A stretch of 64,000 nucleotides of DNA from Trichosphaerium sp. ATCC 40318 (GCA_038496445.1 JALMLS010000062.1:62001-126000), one strand, 5' to 3'; shown: positions 1 to 13,675, numbered from the stretch's first letter. Program-made: numbers and translations. Notes: a model not told the origin generated them from the letters alone.

Positions 1-1385
1 ACATTGTTGTCCAGCAATTGTGAACGAACGCATTCGATGACCTAGCGCTTCAGGTGTTTGGTTTAACAAAGCGAACAAGTATTTGCCGCCGTTTCCTCCT
101 CGCTTGTAAGGTCCGCAAGTGAAGTACTGAGGATTTCCAGGATCTTTAGGGTCAATAACCATCTTCAAAATTAAGACACTGTCGTAGTTCATTAACACAG
201 CGTAAGCGAACTTTCTTGTTTTTTGGCTTAACATGATTGCGTTAAGGTAATACCAGGTTTGGCCGATATCCTTAGTTTCGAATTTTCCCACTAAAGAGAT
301 GGCGTAAGCGCAAAACCAAGAAGAAGAAAGAGATAGAAATCAAACAAAAGAAGAAAAAAAGGGAAAAACGTACAGCCTTTTTTCAGTTCCCAAATCATCA
401 CAATGTGATACATTTGCACGTTATCATGTTCATCGAAATCTATCAAATTAGACGTAACAGATAGATCTGGTTTTGATATCTTAACATCAGCACCAAAGCA
501 AGTCATGACGCGAGAATGGGTGTCGTGAACTGTTAAGTATTTTAACAACTCAGGGTGATCTACAAAGTATTGTGCGATAACGTCGTTGAACTCTTTCTCG
601 CTCTTCCACTTTTTAATGAGCCTACCTGCCTTCCGTAAGAAATCCCTAGGCACCACTACCATAGCAAAAGGGAATTTAAACTTTCGACACAATTTCAATA
701 TCCTTTCACCAACTTTCTCGTGTGCTGGAGGAAAAAAAAAAATGAGTTGGTTGATTGATTAATACGAGGAATTCAAACATCGAGGGTTAAACGTACACAA
801 CTCAGAAATGCTCGTCAATGTTTTGTTTCTATCAGACCTCGATAACGCAGCATACACCATAACGAGGTAGATGTTTAAAGCCTCGAGTTTAGTGTTTTGT
901 TCAACTTTTTGACGCTTTAAGGTACTAATCTCGGTGCTCATCGCTTCAGTTGTGGTTTCCAGCTTTTCAGTCTTAGCTTCCAGCTTCTCGTTGTTGGCTT
1001 CCATCTTATCAGCCTTTCTTTTCAAGGGAGCAACTGCCGCATCGATCTTATCTTGAATGCCTACGTTATACTCGGCTATGAGCTCTTTGACGTCTTGCTT
1101 GGTATAAATCCTTAAAGCGTGCTCTCGTCGAATAGCATCCTTTTCAAGTATACGCTGTTTGGTAAAGGAATCTATAGAGGTAAAGTTAGAGGTTGAAACT
1201 TACAAGGTATCATTTTATTTGACGAAATTAAAGTGAGTGAAATTCGTACTCATTCGCTTGTTAATAGCCTCAACAAAGTCTGCTTCATGCCAGTTTTCCC
1301 TCCGCATAATCTTCCATTCGTTGGCTATGCGTCTAAGCTCTGTGATATCGAGCTTCTTCAGCTCATCTAACGTGTACTCTTCCAT
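1..1385 (-). CDS. Crinkler-like protein: N-terminal Rho-N/HEH-like helices, coiled coil, PD-(D/E)xK restriction-endonuclease-fold domain; spliced, runs off the window start
   Basis: Joined exons read MEEYTLDELKKLDITELRRIANEW...coiled coil (ORF 759-1025)...ISKPDLSV...IWELKKG|KFETKDIGQTWYYLNAIMLSQKTRKFAYAVLMN. The KPD...ELK...GQxxxY...R.F.Y pattern matches CR-REase domains. GT-AG introns lie near 1172-1250, 729-796 and 291-374. Confidence 0.6.
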
Positions 1386-2443
1386 TTACATTAGGGGCAG
1401 TTGTAGTAGTTGTTGCTTTTTGAAATAATAAAAAAACGGACTTTGATTGACGAGTTAATGTCAGAGTTGATTGGTTGGAATCTTCTCAGAGAATAAAGTG
1501 GAATGACGTACTTGGTAACTCCTTATCAGCCTCTTCATCACTCATCTACAAGATAGCGTTAGGTTGGTCGTAAGAAAGAACTAGAAAAAGAGCGAAGGCA
1601 TGATTATACAAGTCAACAAAAAACGAGATTCACAAGTTTTGAAATCACGTGATGAAAAAATCGTATTGTAGGTAAGAATAGAGGTACTATACCAGTTGAG
1701 TAGGAAACAAGAACAGCAAAAGTTAACAAAATCGAGTCAGTTCACCGAGCGTTTTCCAAAAAAAAACAAACAATGGCCCCAATGGTAAAACTGTTGTACT
1801 GGCAAAGGCAATTTGGGTTTTGCGGGCACATTGAGCGACAAAGCTGGTTTTGAAGAAACAAAAGGTTTTCTGAAGTGATAAACGTTTAGCGTTACTAACG
1901 TTCAAAATACTAATACACGCACGTACTGGAGTTTAATTCTGTTCCTTTAATGCAGGAAATGACGTGCTAGAGTTTATTGCTATTACAATTTAAAAACGCA
2001 CTCACTAGGCGTAGTTAAATTCAGTCTACACACAGTGAGCATATTGTAATAATATAACAACAAAAGCCTAAAAACACTCTATTTGTACCTAATACCATAA
2101 TATTAAATAAGTTTTAGGCGTAGTAGACGCTGCCAAGGTTTGTAATCATCAACAACGGATAACAGCCAAATTGTACGGCTGTAGGTGCCTGACTTAACGT
2201 CTTTCTGGCGGCAGCCAATTTACGCATAGGCCATGTAGAGGCCGCGCATTTCGATTCTTTAGTCACGTGTACCATTACTCAAGATAACCTGTATAGTTCC
2301 ACCAAATCGCACGTTTGTAAGTAGGAAAGTCATTTTTTGACAGGGAGGTTAATTGGGTAGCGTGTCGATTTTCTACATTTTTTACTGTGGGAGACTAAAC
2401 AAGAAATGCACATATTTGTTTACAAACTAAACTCATAAACAAC

Positions 2444-2629
2444 ATGGGCATATACAACACAATTATGGTCTTTTGGAAGCGACACTTTAATGATTTGATG
2501 GCCGTAAGCTTATTTTTGGGCAGCATTTATGGCTTTCAGGCTTTGGCAACTGGTTTCCTTGGTGGTATACTATTACAACCTGCTGAAACACCTTCATTAG
2601 TATCACAAGATGGTGGTATGCCAATGTAA
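2444..2629 (+). CDS. Small (61 aa) single-pass membrane protein, weakly Tom6-like
   Basis: ATG in A-rich context (AAACAACATGG), one hydrophobic segment LMAVSLFLGSIYGFQALATGFLGGILLQP, AATAAA about 100 nt downstream. The family resemblance is only by eye. Confidence 0.35.
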   Translation: MGIYNTIMVFWKRHFNDLMAVSLFLGSIYGFQALATGFLGGILLQPAETPSLVSQDGGMPM

Positions 2630-2926
2630 GCGTAGCTACGCATACAGCAGCGCATGAAACAAAAAAGAACAAAAAGAACATTTACGGCCTTTTTTCCGCA
2701 CAATACTCTCGCCGTTCACGCGGTTTCGTACAATAAACACCGCAATGCATATAGTTAAGCATTTTATTGAAAAAAAGATAGTATGTTATCTAATTACATT
2801 CTCATTGTGATAAACCAGTACGTCTTTCTTTTAATAATATTATGATACAATGTACAAAAAAAAAAAGACGCGTAGAGCTGAGTTGTGTCTCCTTTTTTTC
2901 GATTGTTTTTTTTGTTGTCTTTTTTT

Positions 2927-4051
2927 TCAGTTGACAACAAGAACATTTGGCTTTCTACCTACAAGAACGTTCTGACCCAATAGAATCTTTACCATCAGGA
3001 TAGCTACCAATATAACAACAGCGTATGTTCCAGCAAGAGCACCAATACATGTACCTCCTGCTTGATTCAAGAGACTCTAAAGAAAAACAAAATTTCAGAA
3101 AAAGAAAAAAAGAAGGGCATAACGAAATATTTTTTTACACCGCTAGGATGAGGCTTAAAACTACTCGGAACATGTTTAAAAGGGTTTCTAAAACGGTTTG
3201 AGAATGAATACGTACAAGATAAGACACAACTAAATGAACTACAGGCGCAACTGCGATTTTCCATGAAGGATGCTTGTATGCTTCAAATGAGATGACATTA
3301 AGCATAATATGAAGAGCGACCATAGCTGATTGCATCAACGCTAATAATGAGTGTAAACTAGTTTGTTCTGGTTGTGAAATTCGACCAAAAAAAAAAAATT
3401 GAAAAAAACGCACCTCCTACATGAAAATAGGAAAGCTGAGGACATGCAGGCGTTGGGAAGTCACCTTGGCCTGCACTTGCCCACATTAGAGAGGTGTAGA
3501 GAATCAACGAAGATGACACGGCAAAACCCCAACCAACAGCTAAACACATTTTTAGCAAAGTTTCACGAACGTTGCAAGGAGGCTTTGGTGTTTATTTACG
3601 CCATAACCGAAATAAACCACGAAATAGCACCGGTTCGTACCTAAAGCGCTGAGAAAGTCAGCTGGTTTAGTTCTATCGCCCATCTGAGCCACTTTAGCGT
3701 AAGCGCGGCTGTTATTTTAGCTTAGTAGTGTGATTGGTATTGGTGAGGTACCTGTAGAGTTGCCAAAAGCCATAACGCATCAATTCTTGCATTACAACGC
3801 CAACACCAATTATAAATGGATAAACATGACGCAAAGGTGGTACTGCTGCCCATATCATACTCGTGAGTAACGCAGACAGCATCCAGAAAAACATGCTGTC
3901 GAAATAATTAAATTATGCAATAGTTAACCGTAACTAACCTTCCAATAGCTAATATAGTGAGTTGAGCTGAGCCAGCGATCACAAGAAGAAAAAGTGCTGT
4001 CGCAGGACCATAAGTAATAAATACACTACTCACAAACACAACGTAGGACAT
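2927..4051 (-). CDS. APH1: Gamma-secretase subunit APH-1, multi-exon
   Basis: MSYVVFVSSVFITYGPATALFLLVIA...SMFFWMLSALLTSMIW...GVVMQELMRY...AVGWGFA...GQGDFPTPACPQLSYF...LHIMLNVISFEAY...HLVVSYLSLLN are typical Aph-1 motifs. Ends at TGA 2927-2929. Confidence 0.9.
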
Positions 4052-4144
4052 TTTTTCAAGTGTTTGGCACTTTAATAATTTAATTAAACAACAAACAAAG
4101 TCACAAGTAGTCCTTTCAGAAAAAAAATCGTAGAGGCTTTAAAA

Positions 4145-6200
4145 TCAAGTTTCCATGGCGTCTAACGTATACCAAAGTAAGTATTCGATCGAACAATAAC
4201 AGGACTACAAAAAAATAACGCACCTGGACCGCCGTGTAGCGTTTCGTCTTTTGCCAGTTCTCTACGCACAACTGCTGAGATACCGTGGTGACGGTGATAA
4301 CGTGTAAGCTAGAGAAAATGGTAAGGAATTTTGGTTCTTGTAGAATAACTTACTTTTACAAGAGCTTCTCTTTGTGTATCTGTAATTTGATTTTTATAGC
4401 GTCCAGCGAATGCAAGCAATGACTGATGCCACATGACAGGCAATTGACGGTCTTCGCTCATAAAAGACATGAAATGATTTACAAGAGAATCAAGCACGCT
4501 GTATGGTAAATGGTAACCTTTGCTAACCAATACTCTATATAACACGTCAACGTAAAGTAGTTTTGTAAATCCTTAAAGTTTTCCAAAAACTTTTGGCTAC
4601 GCGTACCTTATGAATAGTGAATTAGCGCCACTGTACTCTAACTGACTTATTTTTACCAAAGCGACTGCGCTGTGAATAGCTGGTATGCGTACTTTACGCA
4701 AAACACTAGCTAAAAGTACTTGTTAATAAACCAGGTTTTATCAGTAGCGTTGCATCGTACCAATGATTTTAGCTTCTGTAAAGGTACAATCACCTGATTC
4801 GCATAACGGCAGAATAAAACCTTTGTAGAAAGGACCTGCTTTAGTGCAGCACTTCTTAAGAGCACGATAGAGACTGAATTTTAGTTTTTTGTATTTCTTG
4901 ATTGCTTCACGAATTCGTGGCAACAACACGAAGCCATTGAATCTACGATATTAATCAGTACATTTGTTTTTATTGTTATGTAGAGCGAGATTTGTAAAGC
5001 TATACTATTTACGTACTGTGTAATTTGGAAGTCTTTGGCACAACCTGTAAAGATTTTGACAGCCTAAGTTAAGAACTTAATTTTTTTGGTCACAAAAACA
5101 ACAAATAAGTTCGTTCAACAAACGCACCGAGTAAACAGCATGATCGGACCATTTTTCTGGTTCTGTTAAAAATAATAGTTCCTATTTACGTAAGAAAGTC
5201 AGTAAAACAGTTTATACTCATCTACAAATCTGTCATGAAAACCGTACCTCCCAATTAGAAAGTTGAGGTAAAATTTGAAAAGGCTTTGACAACTTTCCGT
5301 GTGTGAACCGTTGCATGATTTTACCTATTCTAAATAGAACGTCTTAGTATTCTTTATGATTATGTGAGTTTCGTACTGTTTGTATACATGTATAACCTTT
5401 GGTGGTAGGCTTGATGGAATCTCTAAAAGAAGGCGTTTAGGAATGTGTTACGCTTTTTTCATTAACACATTGTAAGCTTGCAATGTGTCAAAATGACTTG
5501 AAGATTGTGTATTAACTTACCACCATCGTCACCAGTAGGTACTAATGTACTATTCTCGAATTGATCAATTTTAGATAGAATTAGCTCTTTTAGATCAAGT
5601 TGCTTCTTTTGTGTTGTAGGCATGAACATTTCTAGTGCGCGAGCATCTTCAGGGTCCAAATCCTACGCGTGTGAGGTTCTAATTATTGTTTGATGTGTTT
5701 TACTTCAATGTCTCCTTGAAAATATTCTCCAACTTGCGATTCTGTCTCAGATTCGTAGTCTGACGCATCCTCGTCGTATACGTTTGGTAGTTTAGGTACA
5801 GCAAATTCTCGTTCGCTACAGTTCAATTAATACGCCTTTGGTTGATTGCATACAATTCTATCTGTGCGTAGAATGGTACAACGCGCGTTGAGAAGAAAAT
5901 ATGAAATAACATAGAAACGTACTTTTGGTTCTCTTGTTCGAAATTCACTTGTTCTTGTTGCTCTGCAGCTTGTGTGAAGAGTTTTTTGCTTATTTTAGGC
6001 GGAATAACCTAATATTGGTCAATACGCGCTATATCATAGGTAATGCTTACAACTTGCTCGTTTTCAAACTCATTATTACGTTTAGGCCTACGTTCAGCTT
6101 TTCTTTTGGCACGTTGCTCCACAGGGTTCGCTGTCAAGTCAAATCCCAAAGGATTGTGTCTATTACTTTTATTTCTATTTCGTGGAGCTTTGTAGGACAT
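4145..6200 (-). CDS. BYSL: Bystin / Enp1 pre-40S assembly factor, multi-exon
   Basis: DPEDARALEMFM, LLPRIREAIKKYKKLKFSLYRALKK, FYKGFILPLCESGDCT..EAKIIG, LPYSVLDSLVNHF, LPVMWHQSLLAFAGRYK. Confidence 0.93.
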
Positions 6201-6299
6201 TTGTGATGTACAAATCAAAGTATTGTGATGAAAACTCAGAATTTTTAACTCAAAAAAATGGAACCAAAAATGTCAACTGTTGGGATTACAGTACAATAA

Positions 6300-7014
6300 T
6301 TACTTTTTGCGGTCGTGGGAATCAAAAATTAGTGTGACTGGGCCATCATTTACGAGCTCTACTTCCATCATTGCACCAAATTCTCCTTCTAATAAAGTGT
6401 CAAAATTGACAGGAAATGGAGCCTCAAAGATGTACCTGCTACTTTTTCCTCTTTGTGTCCTTTTTTCACAAGTGCTACGAGGTCATCAAAGTACTTCTTA
6501 GCATCTGTAGGGTTCATTGATCTATGAAAGTCTGGTTTATTACCTAGGGTATGTAAGAAGCTATTGTACGCGTAGGAGAAGTTATTTCTGATGTTATAAG
6601 TGATTTTACCTTTCATAATGCCATGAAGTGTAAATTGGCTGACGAGCAATACTGAATCGTTCAATTAGTCGACTAGCGAAACATTTGGTGGTATACCGTC
6701 GTAATCCATGTGCAGTACACTTTTATCCCAAGCTTTACCTTGTTCATTTGGCCATAAGCGCGTGTTTAGTATCTTTCTAGCACTATTGGAGGTACTTTAG
6801 TTATAGTTGGTAGTGTCTTCGAACTACATACAGATATTCGGCGTCAGCTGGTGTGTCTTCGCGGCATATACCAACTAGAACCTACTCGTTCGGTAAAAGG
6901 TTGAATAGATCACTACTAGCTCCGTACAACTACCCCTCGCTCTATTTTGGCAATCTTCTTCCCTTTTACAGTAACCGACGCATTTGTAACGCGTTGTAGA
7001 ATGCCGCGCACCAT
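6300..7014 (-). CDS. DTD1: D-aminoacyl-tRNA deacylase, multi-exon
   Basis: [52 protein letters not shown] (SQFTL and NDGPVT signatures). Confidence 0.95.
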
Positions 7015-7313
7015 TTTGGTCCCTGCATTGACATACAGTGACTTTAGCGGTCTGCCATAGAGCAAAACACTAGCGCCGAGGACGCTGCGCTGTACGTCAT
7101 AGTAGCGCGTGTTATTTATTTCCTTTTTTATCGTGTTATCACGGTAATACAAGGTATCGGCACTTGAAGGTACGGTGTACAACGTAGCAGAAGTTCTGTC
7201 AATTTGTCCTTTTTTGTAATTTTCAAAAGTTATTTGAGCTTCTATTGACACAAGCGTTTTGTAACAGTGCTGACTATGATAATAGCGAACAAAAAGAGTA
7301 CACCACAAACGAA

Positions 7314-8141
7314 ATGGCTGAAAAACCAGATAAAGAGAATGACACGCCTGAAAATACCTCAACCGCACCTAATAAAGACGTGTTGTTGATTGTTCAAAAA
7401 GAAATGATAGCCCAACTGGAGGTTGACGGCTACTTGAACCCTGGGCAAGCTTTGGCGGTATGGAACCGACTCTTAGATACTGCCATGGTATTAACAGACA
7501 CTGGAACAACCGATTTTGATGAAGCAGCAAGTCAGCTTCCAATAGCAACAAATCCTGAACTAGACGATGTAGCTGAAGCTTTCAATACATGGTTAAAGTC
7601 ATTTCAAACGTATGTCTATGAACGTGACTTAATTCATGAAGAGGACGATGGCACGCTACGTGCGCTCTTCGAGAAATTCTTACAAAGCGTTAAACTCTAC
7701 AAAAACGAAACAGTGTTCCAGGGAAGACGCTCTATGACAGAGCGTCAATGGGGCGTTACTTACAACGAGAAAGAAGGCGATGAACCAATTACTTGCGTAC
7801 TAACATTCAGAACTCACCATGAGGCGGATACTGATGAGACGTATAGCGCTGGCTTGTATATTGGTAACCTAAACGTCTTTTACTTCCCCGACACATCCAA
7901 TTTCCTCTCAGAGAACATAAACACTGAAGGAGTAATGGCGTTGCACGCGCACTACAAAACATCTGTTTTTTCAAAACTTAAGAAACCAAACTTTGATGCC
8001 TTCTTTGAGGGGTATATAATGGAACTAGGTTGTGCTTGCATAGAAGAGGACTTTACCTCTTTGTTCGCAGAGGCCATTAAGCCATTGTTAGATGATATCA
8101 TCTCCAAGGGTGCAACAGATAAAATGGATTGTACTAAATAA
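7314..8141 (+). CDS. Intronless acidic hypothetical protein (about 275 aa)
   Basis: Uninterrupted ORF 7245-8141, first ATG at 7314, TAA overlapping AATAAA. No recognised domain. Confidence 0.75.
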   Translation: MAEKPDKENDTPENTSTAPNKDVLLIVQKEMIAQLEVDGYLNPGQALAVWNRLLDTAMVLTDTGTTDFDEAASQLPIATNPELDDVAEAFNTWLKSFQTYVYERDLIHEEDDGTLRALFEKFLQSVKLYKNETVFQGRRSMTERQWGVTYNEKEGDEPITCVLTFRTHHEADTDETYSAGLYIGNLNVFYFPDTSNFLSENINTEGVMALHAHYKTSVFSKLKKPNFDAFFEGYIMELGCACIEEDFTSLFAEAIKPLLDDIISKGATDKMDCTK

Positions 8142-9194
8142 AGGGACGATTTTTGTAAGAAGTTCGCACTTTCAAAAAAATTCTAGGACACCTCAAAAAC
8201 GTTATTTATGTCCAATTTTTGAGTATACTTCAGAACACATATGTGTTTATAATATATATTAACCAGAACTTGCTGGTAATTAATAGTGTGCTTCAATCAA
8301 CTATTTCATTGAAACTAAAACTGAGTTATTTCTGCTTGGGATCATATTCTTATCCTCTAACACCACCATGTTTTGCAGGTAACTCTTTTACATCATGATG
8401 AGTAAGGATTACATTATTTCGTTTAATCTATTTTTTATCACTTTCAGTGTCCCACATAAAGCTATCGTCACCTGTCTCTAGACCGGATTGTTGTCAATTG
8501 GTCGTTCTTTTGAACAATCATTCCAATCCACAAAAACCTTTTTCAAATCTTTCCTTTTGGCCGCAGGTGCTCAATAAATCATGGTGTACGTATGCACAGT
8601 TATAGCGTATTTGATAATTTTGGTATCAAAATACAGAGGTTTCTTTTTCAAAGAAGTTGATGAACTTATTAGTTACATGAAAATGTCAAAAAACTCACTC
8701 TTGCTTGGGTACTTTATTGCATCAGAATGCCACAAAGGTTGATGTAGTTATTTTTTACCACTATAGGAGTTTTAGAGACAGAACTTGGTTTTCGAATGGA
8801 GATACTTCAGGATTTACCAAAAACAGGTTCATTGAAACTGTGTCACTACACTCCGTCAACTATTGCTATAAATTACACTGTGTAATACCACACATATTGA
8901 CTATCACTATGAAAAGTGTGGGATGGTCAATTAGCTCTTGAGGTATTTAATTCCAAAAATCGCTTATTGTCCACTAGTACAGAATATTGGAATTTATCAA
9001 TTACACAAGGCTCGACAAGCTTAAAACTAATCTCAATACATGAAAAATAGCATTAGGTGACACTTCTGTAATTTAAACACTTGTCAAAGCTTGTGTAATT
9101 GTTAATTTTGGGAACTCGCTTTTTTTTTCATTCTGTACCCTGAAAACTAACGTTTTCAGCGTTTCCTGTGCGATGAACGTCATTTGCAGGTACT

Positions 9195-9710
9195 TTATAG
9201 AAACGCCCTCGTATTTTGGTAGCATACGCTCTGTTTTTGCCAATAACCCGTGAATTGCATTTCAAGCACCTTATATGGTGACACAACTCTTGAATCATCT
9301 GTTTGCGTGCATTGAAGCTCAGTTGGTGCTTTTTTAGTTAAGTCAAAACAAAAACCACAAAAAAACTCGTAAAATAGTAAATAATTTATTTTACACTTAG
9401 ATCTTAACAATGGAGCCAGCCATTCTAGGAGTACCTTCACATACGCAAAATCATTAATATGAGAGGTGTGAACTGCATACAAAAATCGTCCCAACAGCAT
9501 CAAGGATGGAATTTTTGTATAATTGTATTCCTCAGTGATGGCTGCATAGTCCTTTAGACTATAGTTATTTCATAATAAAACAAGAATTACGCAATCACGT
9601 TGTTTGGTGGATAAGGAAGTCCTCTCAATAATCCGCGTCAATTCCACCCAGTGGATTGAAAGCTGAGAGATAGCGTTCTCTGCCAATCTTGTATTTTGTT
9701 TGTGAATAGA
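9195..9710 (-). pseudogene. Possible spliced gene fragment of unknown family
   Basis: Protein-like exon-sized stretches (LAENAISQLSIHWVELTRIIE; AAITEEYNYTKIPSLMLLGRFLYAV...WLAPLLRSK) separated by AT-rich intron-like spacers. No clear start. Confidence 0.25.
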
Positions 9711-9921
9711 CTACCAGAAAGTAAAATCATTTGTTCACTTCTCGCAAACGGTTAACGAGCTCTATTCGTCTATTTAATGTTCTTCAACCTTGTCCTTAGA
9801 GTTGCAAACAATATTAATTAGTGACCAAATTCTGCTCAAGCTGTTTAAACTGACCGTTATTAAGTCATAAGTATTTTTTCGTGGACATTTTTTCAAACAG
9901 TTCAATAATACTTCAAACGCA

Positions 9922-10236
9922 ATGACAGACGCAAACAATGTTGAAACTACTGTAAAGAAGCTCCTAGAAGCATGGGCAAAACACTGCGAGACCGTTAAGA
10001 TGATGTCAAGAGCTACAGTTCGTACAAACCATGAAACGTTCAAAAAAATGGTAGAGATCGGTAAACCTGCTCTACCGACTATATTCAAGTCGTATGAGCA
10101 AGACGAACACAGTTTGCTCTATTTCTTCCTTCTAGAAGCAATAATAGCCGGAGATATATATGAGGATGTCCCAGGCGTACGACAACAGAATAAACAAGAT
10201 TGGCTAGCCTATGCAAGGGAAAATGGGTATTTGTAA
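9922..10236 (+). CDS. Intronless 104-aa protein resembling a bacterial hypothetical family
   Basis: Pattern L..W..(x)..S....H..F.KMV.IG..ALP.I......YF.LL.AI......W..Y.RENGY resembles a small uncharacterised bacterial protein family (recognised by eye, not searched). Confidence 0.75.
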   Translation: MTDANNVETTVKKLLEAWAKHCETVKMMSRATVRTNHETFKKMVEIGKPALPTIFKSYEQDEHSLLYFFLLEAIIAGDIYEDVPGVRQQNKQDWLAYARENGYL

Positions 10237-10681
10237 AGTTACACAGAATGTAAAAAATAAACGACAAAAATAGAAAAAAAAACCACAAAGACATTTACTA
10301 CGAGTAATGAAATTCTTTCGCTCAAAAATTGTCAGTAGATTGTTGTAGCCAAGAAGCCATTCTCCATACGTATTATACTAGAGTAAGGCTCTTGACAATT
10401 AATTGTCGGCACGTGTAAAAAACTTGTGAACAGAAACAAACAAAAAACACTTTATTTACACTTATGGAGTTTGACGAAATAAAGTGGATGGTTGTGAGTA
10501 TGAACGCTATCCGTTGATATGTCCCATGGGAATAGTTATTGTGATTATAAGAGCAGAAAGTCATGTGCTCGATACTGATCGGAGATGGCATTGGAAAAGG
10601 AGATTACTGTAAAAAAAGTACATTATTTCAACACAAAAAACTTTAGCTATTTTATTATTATTTTTCTACACTATTTTAGCC

Positions 10682-12912
10682 TTAGCTACTTTCTTTTGAT
10701 TCTTCAACATTAGCAACGTTGGCGAGCTCAACATCTGTAAAAAAGATGCGTTAGAAAAATGACTAGGACAAATTAACAATACCTGTTGAGCCGCTGGTTT
10801 CTGAAGATCTGCTTGAATCTAGGATCAAAGCTGGGCCTCCGTGGTGCTTCAAATCCATGCCAACCTCTTGTTTGTCATCACTGACACGAAGGATACCAAG
10901 TAATTTCAAACCGCCAAATAAAAGTACAGACCAGGTTCCTACCCAAGCAACAATGGATAAAACACCCAATAGCTAGAAGCGCTAGTTTAGTACACAGCTG
11001 TCTGGAGTAATGTTGTTTAAAGCGTTACCTGCATGCCGAATTGTCTACCTCCACCGCCGTAGAATCCACCAAAGTTATCAGTAGAACCGTAAGCAGCCTC
11101 TAGGTTATCTCTTGTGGCGAAAAGGCCAGTAGAAAGGACTAATCAATAGAATTAGCAAGCCTATTTGAAGAAAAACACTTATCAAAAAAATACTTACCAC
11201 CCCAAATACCGCATGCACCATGTACAGGGAAAGCTCCGATAGGATCATCAACTCTTACTAAGAGTAGTAATTGAGCTGCGCCCAAGTATACACCACCAGC
11301 AATAGAACCAATTAGAACAGCAGCCCAAGGTTCTACCAAAGAGCATCCAGCTGTAATTCCGACCTTTAACGTTTGTTAGAGATCTACTTTCTTGAATACT
11401 GTACGTACCAAACCAGCGAGAATACCGTTAATAGTATTGTACAAACTCCATTTCTCTCCGAGTACAAACTTGCCGAAGAATAAAACGACAAGACCACCTG
11501 CAGCAGGTGCCAAAGTTGTGTTTACTGCTACTTTTGCAGCAACATCAATAAGTCCACCAGATACTCCTAGAGTTGAACCTGCGTTGAATCCATACCATCC
11601 AAACCAAAGGATGAATAAACCAAGAGAAGCAAGTGGAGCGTTATGAGGACGGAAAGCACTTTCATTTCCCTAAAAAGCAAGTAAATTATCTTTCAGCAAA
11701 TCTTTTGGCGTTTAGATCGTTTTTTCAGCGCTAAAACAATTTGAGGCACTAACCTTTTTAAACCTGCCCTTACGTGGTCCAACCATTATAGCACCAATAA
11801 GTGCAGCGATTCCTCCGGTAAGATGCACAATACCAGAACCTGCAAAGTCCTAGGAGGAGAATGGAGTCAGTTTTCGTTTTTTCCAGAAAAGCAAAAAAAT
11901 GTTTGTGAATTACGTACCAACATGCCGTTTGCGCCAACTACTATTGGATCAGCAAAAGGTGATAGCCATCCAGTATTGCTCCATCTATAATTAGAATTTA
12001 ATAATTCATTCACGTGAACACAGTTAAAAATATTTACTTCACAAAAAAGCAAGAATAGGTTAAAAAAACCCACTCTTGATACGTACCCCCAGTGAACTAC
12101 GACAGGGTACACCCATCCAGTAATAATAAAACTGTATATCAAGTATGCATAAAAGTTGGTTCGTCTATAAGTTCATACAACGAGTTAGTTAACTGGTAAC
12201 AGCGTTGAGAAAAAAATAAAATAAAAAGATAAAACGATCTTGCGCCCGAAACTTTTCTAAGCTATTGCGTAAACGTACTCTGCCATAGCGCCAGAAACGA
12301 TCGTAGCAGCAGCTCCAGCGAAAGCGAATTGAAAGAGCCATGCTGCCCAGTCATTAAAATCATTTGTAGCTATCATACCGACATCCCATCCTGAAGAAAG
12401 AAACAATGTTAACAAAAACTGAGAACCATTCACTGACTCACCAATGAAAGCATTATTTGCTTTATCGCCATAAGCAAAGCAATAACCAAACAACCAAAAG
12501 GCTAATGCAGCAATACAAGCATCGAGAGTGTTCTGAAAAAAAGAGCGGGTTCTGTTAGCAAAAACTAAAAAAACTACGAACAAAAAAAAGTTTGCTTTCG
12601 GTACATTTTTTTGAAAACGTGGAAACTTCAAAAAAACGAACCTTGATGAGTATATTCTGAGTGTTCTTGTATCTAACTGACCCAGCTTCAAGCATGGCAA
12701 AACCGCACTGCATGAAAAAAACCAAGTATGCGCTCATGAGAACCCATGCTGTATCAGCTGTTGCTTCTATCTTTAAAGGATGTTAGAGGGCCGTTTTATT
12801 GTTGGTCTTTTTTGGGTTTTTCGAAAAAACCAAAGCTGAGACTTACGATAGCTAGCTTAGCTTCTATACTATCTGTTCTATCTGTCAAGTTGCCTATGGC
12901 AGTAGTATTCAT
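10682..12912 (-). CDS. amt: Ammonium transporter (Amt/Mep family, AMT1-like), multi-exon
   Basis: [104 protein letters not shown]. Confidence 0.97.
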
Positions 12913-13675
12913 GACAGTAACGTTCATTTTTTGTAGAAATGAAGTCTTGCTTCCACACGTGTGTATTTGTTAAAAAATGGCAGTAATCTGTTAACGATTC
13001 CCTAAAATTAACTTGCAAGTTGGTAGTAATTTTGGAATATGTCAGGGAACATAAAGGCAAAAGTAAATGGAAAAATGAACGTGTACACAACAACTCCGTC
13101 TAACGAACTGGACATCACGAAAAGAAACAGTAGTCAAGTGTACTACAAAACTGAGAAATTGTAAAACAAAAAAAAACTTCAAAAAAAAAATCTCGAGAGA
13201 ACTTGGGCCATGAAAAAAACCAGCTTTCTATTGTGAGTCGGATTTCGTGTAAGATCGTGTAATAGTTCATGGTTTCAATATTTTGTATTCTGGGCCAAGT
13301 TATTTAGGTGAGATACCAATTGTAGTATTTTTGATAAATAACACTACCAGAAAACTAAAAAAATTTAAACACCGTAACAACTTGTTTGTAAAACACTACC
13401 TCCACGTTAAACATTATACAAAAAACATCTAAAAATTTGTTGTAACCAAAGACAAGAGTGCGTATACCTGCTTTCCCCTCTTTTCTCTAAATTGAATCAA
13501 AATGGATGAATAGCTTTTGTGAAAGTCACGAAGTTCCATCCTGCTTGCCGATACCCGCGTAGATTATGCTTTGCCTATCCCAACCGGAACACGGCGTTCC
13601 TTCGCGTTGAATTATTGTTTGCTATCTAAGTGGCTCTTATGTATACCGTTCTGCGAAGCTTTTATTTTATTTTGT

